The notes below the pieces were generated by a model. The model was not told the DNA's origin. It did not search any database and saw only the letters and a list, made by a program, of their open reading frames with translations. DNA of 64,000 nucleotides from contig JAAOMT010000534.1 of NCBI GenBank assembly GCA_016748015.1, forward strand, positions 14,654 to 78,653. Reading direction: 5' to 3'. Each line of letters opens with the position of its first letter. Positions within the stretch are counted from its first letter, which is position 1. A program made the position numbers and the translations under genes. Shown piece after piece: positions 29,510 to 39,987 of this stretch. The DNA comes from Geosiphon pyriformis uo1 (taxonomy: Eukaryota > Fungi > Glomeromycota).

Positions 29510-32318
29510 GTATTAATTAATATAAGATTAAAAATTATTTGGGTGTTTTAGGCAATAAAAAAACTGATATTCCAACTAATACTACTTTATTTTTGAATAT
29601 AATACTTTTAATCTATATTAAAAATGGTTTGTTAAAATTAATAATAAAATTGTTTTTAAAAATGTAAGATATTTTGTTTATAAAATTTTTCAGATAATTT
29701 ATTATGCTTATTAAAAAGTCATATCTGGTATTAAAGTTTTAAAAAATAGTCTGCTTGAAAATATAAACTAAATAAATTATTACAGATATAATATTTTGAT
29801 TTTTATATAATAATTGAGTTTACAAGCAAAATTATAGTTAAAGTATATTTTTATTTTATAAAAGCTTTGTATTATAAGTTATCTGTAATTGTTTATAAAT
29901 ATTTGTATAATAAGTATTATAATAATGTTTTATGTCTGTATTATAAGGATGTTAAGTTTTTAAATCACAATTTTTCTTGTAAAATAAATAGTAAAGCTTA
30001 TAAAAAGCTGTTAAATATTTATGTGGCTATCTAAAAAACATTTTTTAATTTGTATAAATTATTATTATATATATTTTAATTATTTTTTTTGTGCTTTTTT
30101 AATATTGTTATGTATTTAGTTTTGTGTAAAAATTTGTTTTTAATAACTGGTTTCAAAAGTTTTTCTCAGTTTTTAAAAATACTAAGATTGTTGATTATAA
30201 AATTGTAGACTTTGTATATAGTTTTGGGCTGGTTTACAGAAATAATATTTGGCTTGTTTATTTCAAGTACTGAGCTTTTATAGAAAAAAATAATCTGATT
30301 CTATGTGATAAAACTATATTTATAGTTATTATTGGTTTATTGTCTATGTTGTTTAGTGGTGTAATTAAGTTGCTTGAGATTGCTATGGCTTTTGAGATTG
30401 GTTTTTGTATGCACAAATTGTGTTTATTTTTTTCAGGTATTAAGAATATGGTTTTTGTGTATATAAACACATAATATTGTCTTAATTGGCCTGAGTAACT
30501 GGTTACATATGGCAAAACACATAATTTATATCGAGTTTAAATTATTTAGTTTAATGTATTGTATTAAGTAATGTTTGGATTTCACTTATTAAACATAATA
30601 AAAAAAATTATTTACTTATTTTTTATTTAAGTTAACAATTATAATTCAAATTATTATTTAATTAAATAGCTAATAGATTTAATTATAAATTTTATCAAAT
30701 ATGTTAATATTTACAATTATGAATTTCAATTTCAATATGAATTTTTTATTGAATATAATAAAGCAAAACACAACAAAAAAACAATGTCTTTGGCAAAAAA
30801 AACTAAGTTATTAAATTAGTTTGTTAAAATATCAAACACAACAAATAGCTTGAAAGCAAGCTTTAATTAATTAAAAAAAATGGTTTATAAATAAAACAAA
30901 TAAACCAAACTTAAATAGACACAAAACTAATGAGTTTACAACAATAAATTCGGAAAAAAAATTGTTTTTTTTGGTTTAACAATGTCTATGTTAAGAAATA
31001 AAAACCAAAAAACTGTGTTTTATTTATTTGGCTTTTTTTGAATTCAGTTTGTCAACATAAATATTTTTTCAAAAAATAAGTTAATGATTAATATTGAAAA
31101 AAAAGATATTATAAACTTGCACTTTATGTAATTTCCAATCGATTAATTAATTTTTGCAAAAATGCTTTCAAGAATTTCATATTTTGACTGGCTTCATCCT
31201 AATTTCATGAATTATTATCGATAAATAATCTTAATAAAAATCAAGTAAACTAAGCTCAATCAGTTTTGAACTGAGTCAATTAGGCCTAATTCTCGAATAA
31301 AAGTAATTAGAAGCAAAAGAACATGAAAAATTTATTCTATTTTGCAGTAGAAATATTTTTCAATATTTTTCAATATTTCAAAGCTAAACCCTGAACAAAA
31401 TTACCTTTTCTTATTTAAGACACCAAAAAGAGTCTTTTGTGAATGCAAATAACTGATAGTGTTTGAAAGAAACATATAAAGAGTAACATAAAGAGAAAAG
31501 ACATTTTAATTCTACTATTGGTTGTTTTAAATATTAATATGGTAATTGTTTTATTTAAATACATGTATATTGAAATTTTTTATATCTATTTATAAATATT
31601 ATATATGCACAAATTTTTATTTTAAATAGTTTTTAATTATATTAGAAAAATACCACTTCTTGGTTTTGTGGATCTTATATTCACAACCAAAGCAAAGAGA
31701 AAAAAGAAGCAACTATTTTTTTTTTATAAATAAGAAAGCAACAATTTAAAAAGCTCTTTCAGTAGTAAAGACAGCTAGACCAAAAATTGTTATATCATTC
31801 TCTTAAAGAAATTAGATTAGATACACTTTCATTTTTCTTAACTGGAAATCTTTCTCAAGTCAATTTTTTTTTAAAGAAAAACATCAAAAGCCCCAAAACT
31901 TTTAATAATAAACTTAATAATTGTAATCAGATCTTGTCAGGAATAACATCTGGCAATCTTTAAAACTTTGTGCTCATGGTTGAACTTAAAAAATAACTAA
32001 AAAAGGCATTCAATTTTTCGATTCTCTTTTGTCATTGACGTTTCTTTTTTGATAGATTTTCTCGATGCATATTTATTGACAATGATGGTCAAGAAAATTT
32101 AAATGGAATTTCGATGCGGGTTTAGCCACTTAAAATAGGTAAAGAGTGATACCTTCCAGGTTTGTACATTGCCCTTAAAGATGAACGATATTATTGTTAT
32201 CAAGGAGTGCTTATAATCGATGCTGATTTCGAAAAGTATGGCTTTTGGTTTTCCTCATCAAATATTCAGATTAAAACAACACAACCAATATCATTAATAT
32301 AACTGCCAAAACATTCTT

Positions 32319-33405
32319 ATGAGAACTTCGAGAATGCAAAATTTTCTCTTGCTTTTATGTTTCTTCCCCGTATTTCTTCTTTCAAGTCCTTTGAAAAATG
32401 AAAATCAACAACTACCAGAAATATCTCTTTTATCGTTAAATCAAAATGGAATTAAAAACTTCATAGTAACCAGTAATGATGGGTTAAAAATTTATGCTGA
32501 GGAAATAGGGGATCCACAACAACCTACAATTATTTTCTTGCATGGTTACTTAGGAACACGTCTAGTTTGGGAACCACAATTTGCTTCAAAATCTTTGCGA
32601 GAGAATTTTCATTTAGTACGATGGGATGAGCGTGGGTGTGGTGCAAGTGAATCACCAAATAATATCACCAAATACAATAATCTTGATTTCTACGCGGATG
32701 ACTTGAATGCTGTTATAGAAAAAGCAACTAGAGGCAATCAAAAAAAGAAAGTTATTCTAATCGCATGGTCTCGTGGAAATTTATTTGTATTATGGTATTT
32801 GAAAAATTATGGACAGGAAAAGTTAGCCGGTTTTGTATTTGTGGCTGGATTCTTAGAATTGGAAGGAGTTTTACCGGCTCCTATCGAACTGTTAAACAGT
32901 ACGCTTTCAGATGACTTGGTCACGGGTGTAAATGGATGCGGCAAATTTATTGATATTATAACTTCTAGACCATTCGATCCGAGGATCAAGGCATTCCTTT
33001 TAGGTGGTGCTATTATTTCACCACCAACCAGTCGTCAAGGGTCTCAAAGTATACCAAAAATTTTTTTAAACATTTTTTCAAAAGGTTAAATTATTTTCAA
33101 CGATTGAATCTGATTCTCACATTGCTTCTTTCGTTTGAAATTCAGCCGCAATTCTTCAGTACGTTGCAAATAATAGCTTCATCAACATCTTTCGCAACCT
33201 TACCATCCCAATTCTGGCAATCTTCGGTGCCGATGACCGTATAGTTAATACACCAGTCACATCAGCAAAGGTCCTCGCCATTAATTCAAAGGCTACCCAA
33301 ATCACCTATCCCAATACGGGACATTTTCTTTTATGGGAAGTCTATAATGATTTCAACCATGATATTAGGAAATTTGCCAAAAATATATTTGGGAATCGAA
33401 ATTAA
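32319..33405 (+). CDS. Secreted alpha/beta-fold hydrolase (Abhydrolase_1/6 type, arylesterase-like)
   Basis: Exons 32319-33048 and 33146-33405, GT..AG intron. Hydrophobic signal peptide (FLLLLCFFPVFLLSSP). Oxyanion HGYLG, DERGCGAS, nucleophile elbow AWSRG, acid GADDRIV, His YPNTGHF. Confidence 0.9.
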
Positions 33406-34755
33406 ATTAAAAGGTGTCTATTGATAAATGAAATGTTTTATAGACTTCACTATTTAGCTGAATAGCATTAGAAATGTAACTTTTAAATAATACATGTGTT
33501 TTCTAGCTAAATAAAAGTGTACAATTTCAAATTTTTACTGGGCAATTATGAAAAAACAGATATGCAATAATAAAAATTTGAGAGACTCGAAACGATATAA
33601 ATTTTTCAATCGAAATAAAACTTTAATTCTTCTAAACGGTAACCAAACAATATTTTTTATCTGCCTTTCTATGTATTATATTGTGAGATATGAAGAAGAG
33701 AACAAAGTGTTAATTGCACTAAAAGCTCTGTTTGCTGTTGATCATATATTAATCACACTTTGATGTTTGATGTTGTTTGACAATTGAAAAGTTATTAAGA
33801 AAGTGATGCATGTAAATTCTTTGATGGGGTAAACTGAGACTAGGATAATTTCTCTGTTGTATTTATGTAACAATAAAATTTTTAAATTGATTATTGTTTT
33901 TATCAAAAATTAATTTTTAAAGCTTAAATTAATATTAAGATGTTTAAATAAAGTTTATTTATTTGTAGTGTTTAAAAAAATTTATTAAAAGTAATATTAT
34001 TTTGATATTATCATTGTTTAAAATAATAGTATTTTTTATCATTGAAAATATAGACTAAATAATATAGCATATTTTTTATATAATTATTAATTATTAAATT
34101 TCAATTAAGAAAATTCATGCAAAATATTTTTAATATGATTATAATTTGGTAAAAATAAATTTAAAATATTTATTTAATAAAAAATTTGAAATAGATCTTA
34201 TTTTATAAGCTATTTTAATTTAAACAGATTAAATATCAGTTTAAATAAAAAAATTACTAAATGTTTTTTAGCAAAATTAATTTTAAAAATTACAAAAAAA
34301 TTTTTAGTATTTATTAATTATTTAAAATTTTATAATTATTACAAACAGACTTATTAAAATAATTTACAATTAAATTAAATATTATAAAAAACAATAAAAA
34401 TACTAATACTAATAATAAGTTGATTAAAATATATACAAATAAATTAAACATTATCAATTAAACAAAATAGAAATCTTTATTTATCTAATGATTTTAAAAA
34501 ATATATTAACAAAAAAATATTAAAAACAATTATATAACCAATTTTTTTATTTTTTTTTTAAATTAAAAATTTAATATAAAGAATACTAAAGTATTTATTA
34601 ATTAGTAAATTATTAAATTTATTTTTTAGTATTTATATTTATTATAAATAAAAAATAAAAAAATTTTATTAAATTATTACAGTCATTTATACAAAAACAA
34701 CATTATGTTAATATATATATAAAATAAACTTAAATTCTAATAAATAATTTTTATA

Positions 34756-34763
<8 letters not shown>

Positions 34764-34793
<30 letters not shown>
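34764..34793. repeat. (TAA)n microsatellite
   Basis: About 10 TAA units visible. Confidence 0.9.
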
Positions 34794-36185
34794 TAAGTTA
34801 TGTTTATATTTATTGTATTAAAAATAGCAATTATTTGACTAATAGAAAATAAGTATTAATATTTCAACTTTAATTATAAAATAATTATTTGGAAAAAAAT
34901 TCAAAATAAATTCAAAAGCAAAGATTTATCTTTTTTAAAAATATTTTCTGTACAAACAGTAATTATGTTATTATTGTAGTATCTGTTTTAGAATTTATTT
35001 TTTTGTTAAAATGTGAATATTTATAATTTCAAAGATGAAGTTATATTTTTAACTATTTTATAAAGCCTACAAATAATGTAAATTGATAAGAAAGTTCATT
35101 TGTTTTTTTACAAATATAAATTTATTAAATTATTATCAATAATAAATATGGTTTTTTTAATTTGATAAATTTTTTAAATTCGAGTATTTTTTAGGTTTTG
35201 CAATTAAATAAAAATTTAATTTCTTAATTTATCGAAAGTTTAAAAAGTTTTTAATACAAAAAAACATTATTAATTTCTTGTCAAAATTTAAAATTAAAAA
35301 TAAATTCTTGATAAAATTAAATGTTTCTACAATAAAACAATATCAACTATTTTTGAAAATATTATTAACATTAAAATTTTTAAATGAATTATAAAAATAA
35401 TTAAAAACTTATTTTTATTTAAATACTTCATTTCTTAGCTTATAAATTGGTTTAAACACATTTTTAACATTTTTTGTGTTCAAATCACAAATTTCAAATT
35501 TAATATTATACTATTTAATAAATATTTATATAAACAATATATAAATAAATAAATTTCAATTTTCAATTTTATATTGACTGAAACTTTGCAAAGTTATTAG
35601 TTTGGATAAAAAATATATTATTATAATTTTATTTTTGTCTCTAAATTAATGAAATTAGTAATTATGTTAAATATTAAATATGTTTACAAAATTTCTTAAA
35701 AATACTAAACAATAAATATTTTATTACCTGAAGTTTATTTTGAAATTAATTTAACTAAATGTTGGTTGAAAATAATAAAAAACTGAATCAGCATAAAATA
35801 AAAACAGCAAAAAAATAACTTACTAGAAATAACAAATATACTATTATAATGTTAATTGTTTATATAAAAAACAAAATATTTAGTATAAAAAATATTTTTT
35901 TATTACATTAAAAACAATTTGCAATAATCAATAAATTTGAAGTTCTACACAGAATTTTATTTATAAAATAATAAATTGATAATTATGAACCAAATTTTAT
36001 ATATAAAAAAAAATAAATTATGATTAATATTCATATTTTTGATTTAAATAAATATGATTATATAAATATTTCAGTTTTATAAAAAATATTTAGCAAATAA
36101 ATAAAATTTGCTTTTTTTTTAAATATTTTAAAAATAAAAAATATTTTAACAATAAAAAACAATATTTTTAAATTAATATGAATAT

Positions 36186-36263
36186 ACGTGTGATGGATTG
36201 AAATTTTTCACATGTGCGACCATTAATTGGCCGCTTATGCGCTTATATTAGTATAGGTAAGGA
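36186..36263 (-). mobile_element. Probable Helitron 5' terminus; the body probably extends leftward into the AT-converted 33850-36180 block
   Basis: Minus strand reads A|TCCTTACCTATACTAATATAAGCGCATAAGCGG, i.e. TC after A followed by a CTATACTAATAT motif typical of Helitron 5' ends. The 3' CTAG end is not securely located. Confidence 0.5.
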
Positions 36264-36270
36264 TATTTTG

Positions 36271-36398
36271 ATTGCTGCCTTGACTGGCTCGAGTGACTGG
36301 TCACGTGAAGACAAAGCATGGGATGCGTCTATCATAAATTGTATTTGGTTTTATGTATGTAGATAGCGGGTGGGTCTCACTTTGTTAAGCAATAAAAA
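36271..36398 (+). mobile_element. Isolated LINE 3' UTR unit (extreme 5' truncation or SINE-like derivative)
   Basis: TGCTGCCTTGACTGGCTCGAGTGACTGGTCACGTG...GCATG...TCTCACTTTG..AATAAAAA matches the 3' UTRs of the full-length LINEs. No upstream ORF2 sequence. Confidence 0.8.
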
Positions 36399-36503
36399 TT
36401 TTTATTAATTAATTAAAACTAATTACTATGTTATAATTTTATTTATTTTACAATTTAAAAAATTGTTGATACCATAATTTATTAATTGCAAAAATAAAAT
36501 TAT

Positions 36504-36972
36504 GGGTGGCTGACACGGTAAGCCGTTTGGGTGCTGGTTTTGGTGGGGGTACGTTGGTTGTCGATTTCGTTCGTCGTTTTGCTGAGAGTCACAGGTCAGC
36601 CGTTTGGATACCAGCGGCTAAGTTGAGATCTTATTATGAAAAGCATAACCTTCTGCCGCGAGACGGCTCCTCCTTTTCTTCGGTGTCTGGTCTGTCTTCT
36701 TTGTGGTCTGCTGGGTCAATCCGAGATTTCGGTTTCAGGTTGGGTGTTCACATGTGCTTCGGGTTGCACCCGTGCCTTACAAGATCGGACTTTGGTTTCT
36801 TGAGTGGTTTTCCTGTAGCGGGAATTCTGGATGCGTAGTGCTGCCTTGGTTGGCCCGAGTGGCTAGTCACGTGTAGAAAAAGCATGAGCCACGCTTAATT
36901 TAGATTCTGTGTATTCTATGTACTTAGGTAGTGGTTGGGCTGCACTCGTAAAATCTTTAATAAAAATAAAAT
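36504..36972 (+). mobile_element. 5'-truncated LINE insertion (ORF2 C-terminus, 3' UTR, (TAAAA)n tail) with perfect 14-bp TSD
   Basis: Open frame 36506-36838 is homologous to the ORF2 C-terminus (VW...YEKHNLLPRDGS..VSGLSS..SAG). TSD AAAAATAAAATTAT at 36490-36503 and 36973-36986. CpG-rich. Confidence 0.9.
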
Positions 36973-38504
36973 AAAAATAAAATTATTATATTTATTTAAA
37001 TTTTTTAACTAATTAACTACATACTATCTAAAAGTTTTAATTAATTTTTGACATCAATTAAATATTAATTGTAATTAAAAATGTAATAATTAACTAAATA
37101 AAAATTTTAATTGAAAAAATTGTATTATACAAATAAGCCAAAATAAATAAATAACATTAAGCAACATCTAAATAAATTATAAATAATAAGCATTTATTTG
37201 ATATAATTTAAGACAAAAAAATCATATCTCTAATACAATATTTAATACAACATACAAAAATTCTAATTACAAAACATATAAAATTTAATTGTAAAAATAT
37301 AACAATAATTATAAAAAAGAAAAATATGCATTATTAAGTCTAAAAATAACAATTTTTCTTTGATATTTCTTTTAAAGCTTATAAAATATAAACATAATTA
37401 TTTAGATAAAAATTAAAGTCTTAGATACAAATTTCAAAATAGTAATCATCTTTGATAACCAATTTAATTTATATAAAAAAATTAAGTTTTTATTATGTCA
37501 AGATGTATTCAATTTGCACTGTAATTATACTTGAATATTTATTTAATAAAGTGTAAATTATAATTTATTATTTTATATAATATTTTTTATTTGAAAACTA
37601 ATTAAATATATGCAACATATTTTTATTTATTTATTTTTCCATTGTGTCTTTTTCAGAGAAATTTAAATTATAACAATACCCTAAATGAATATTTTATTTT
37701 ATGAATTTTGTAAGAAATATTGAATAGGATAGATTTTGGTGTTAATATTATTATCAGTTGTACGATATAAATGTTCTGAAGTATAAAGAATTTTCTATCG
37801 ACTAAAATTATAATATTTTTAATTGTGTCATAAAAAATAATATATAAAATATTAAAATAATTGATAAAATTTTTAATTGTGTACAATCAATTTCAAAATT
37901 TTTAACCTGTCGAAAGGTTCATTATTTAAATTTACTAGAAAATAAGGTTTTATTTTTATTATGGATATACTTTGACAGAAAATTTAAGATTGTTAATTTT
38001 TCGCTTTGATACGAGGAACATGAGCGATAAAATAATTCAAATCTTTCAATTAAAGTATTAAGTTTAGGTCCAAAAATTTCAAACGCATAATCTTTTCAAA
38101 CCAAACTATTATTTGCATACGAAATTTAACTCAAAAAACCAAAAAATTATTTTATTATAGATTTCATTAATTTAAAATGGTTTAGGGATAACAAACATTT
38201 CGAAATTGCAAAATAATTTTTAATTTTTGTCAAATGTTTGATCTAAAATTTTCCGTTGCTAAACTGAATCGATACTTATTATTTTGCAGTCAATATTTTC
38301 TGTGTGAAGATTCGCTACAATTACGATATCAAAAAAAATTTTTAGCAAAAACATTTGTCGATCACTTATCCCTTTTTTTTAAAAAATTTTTACAAACACT
38401 AACATGTCTTTAGTTAAATTTCCTTGAGTTTTTTTTCATAGTTGATAAAAAGAAAATGCTTCTGAAATTGTCTTCTATCATAGTAATACTTATGATTGTC
38501 AAAA

Positions 38505-39987
38505 ATGATAAAATTTTTTATTCGAAATAAAGTTAGTTTTATATCGCAATTTGTCTTCTTTGGAAAATTTTTCACAAAATTTTTTATTTTGTTCCTTGTT
38601 TTATCATCCTTAGTTATCACTTTTTCATCGTTCATTAAAGCAATAAACAAAGGTGATTTGAGTGAAACACAAAATAAATTTAATTTAGATTATCAAACGC
38701 AATCTTATCAAAACTATTCAAATCTTCTATCTTTTAAAATAACCACGAAAAGAGATAAAAAAATTTTAATCAGTAGAGCCCAACAATCCAATGATAAAAA
38801 TAAAGCTTCACCCCCAAAGACCTTATTTTCTAATACCTATTTTTCATCTATACAATTTACTGTAATGGCTGAATATGCAAACAAGCCTTATTGTATTAAT
38901 CCTGCCCAACTAGCAATTAATCAACCTGGGATAATGGGTAATAAATTTGGAGATTGAAATATTACTTTTAGAATTTTGTTGCTCAAACCATTTGAGTTTT
39001 CTCTAGGGGATATCGAAGTTATATCAAAGGATAATTTCGAAATTATTGGTTTCTTTCGAGGCAAGTTATAGAAAGATGAATTAAGAAACAAGTTATCGAT
39101 AAAATTTTTCTTCAAATCATAACCTGATCTTGATTTCAGGTCCTCCAATTAGCAGAGAAAAAATGATGAAAACAAGATTTCAACTTTCAAGAATTGGTAT
39201 TTTCAAGTTGAAGCACGCAACTTGGGAGGTTGACTCATATTGGTGGAAATTTTTAACGTCTGAAATTTGTGAAAATTTTTTTTCGAAAATTGATGGCCTA
39301 ATAAAAAGTAAAAGAACCTCTTTACAACTTATTGATATCAATTTGACCGGTCATGGAGTAGGAGGAGGTCGGTCAAATTTTTGTTCAATTCAAATTTATA
39401 ATTCTAATACTAGGATTATTAATAACTTCTTTTTTAAATTTTAGTATATACTCAAATCTTAGGCCTCTTATTAAATGATCATCTAGCCACAACTTTATAT
39501 GATAAAAACTACAGAATACGCATTTATTCATTTGGATCACCAAGAGTTGGAAATTTTCAGTTTGCACAAAACGTTAATCGAAGATATTCGAATCTTGGAG
39601 TCTACCGGCTTACTTACTATGATGATTTTGCTCCACATTTTCCTCGAGTTTCAATACTTGGTACAAAATATGTACATGCAGAAACAGAGTTCTGGATTAA
39701 TCCAACAGATTGTGATTGTTTATTTGCTGAGGGGTATGAGATTTATAAATGTCCAGGATTTTTTTCTAAAGATCAAGACAAGTATGGAGAAAATTTGGTA
39801 AGATTTTCGATTCAGTATTTAATTGAGTATATAAATAAATCGCAGGGAAATTTTTATTTTGCAATCAAAACCAACTTTACAGAGGTGCAATCTTGGAACG
39901 AATGGTACAAGTGAAGAAGCACATTTCGGTCCTTACTTTGGAACAATTTTTGGATATTGTGGGGCTTTTGGCCCAAGTTCGTCTTAA
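38505..39987 (+). CDS. Class-3 lipase (Lipase_3)-fold protein lacking the catalytic serine; N-terminal signal/anchor helix
   Basis: Exons 38505-38937, 39007-39060, 39140-39367, 39445-39797 and 39883-39987; intron 2 is GC-AG. Motifs AEYANKPYC, IIGFFRGP, LTGHGVGG, IYSFGSPRVGNFQFA, YRLTYYDDFAPHFP, YVHAETEFWI, AHFGPYFG. Confidence 0.88.

Larger units (their letters stand above)
12641..30607 (+). mobile_element. LINE-C: heavily AT-converted full-length LINE split by two LTR-element insertions (segments 12641-14848, 25208-28605, 29510-30607)
   Basis: 5' end ATTCTTTATTTTGTTGATCTCTTGTTTATAATGA aligns with the LINE-B 5' end. ORF1 relic (IKIQLIGF**KILIKF, ~13553-13600); ORF1/ORF2 junction ~14600. ORF2 frame continues across each insertion (YL|AKHIFKISEV; LNIN*YKIKNYLGVLGNKKTD). 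3' UTR motif and A tail at 30470-30607. Confidence 0.85.

Noticed and set aside
22688-30515. Short ORFs at 22688, 25300, 27747, 28364 and 30258 as host genes
   Set aside because: They are residual or antisense frames within the degenerate Gypsy element and LINE-C.
1050-30600. Mitochondrial insertion (NUMT) or AT-rich endosymbiont DNA
   Set aside because: Where decodable, the AT-rich tracts are eroded LINE/Gypsy sequence; no organellar or bacterial genes are recognisable.
32319-33405. Strigolactone/karrikin receptor (D14/KAI2/RsbQ) or perhydrolase
   Set aside because: The elbow is AWSRG rather than GHS[VL]S, and the oxyanion loop is HGYLG rather than HG[WF]P.
36838-36960. Hammerhead/HDV ribozyme or tRNA-derived SINE
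   Set aside because: No CUGANGA/GAAA core, no evident HDV nested pseudoknot, and no A/B boxes or cloverleaf.
37880-38400. MITE/DNA-transposon-like sequence (also 58460-58900)
   Set aside because: The texture is suggestive, but I could not identify terminal inverted repeats or TSDs.
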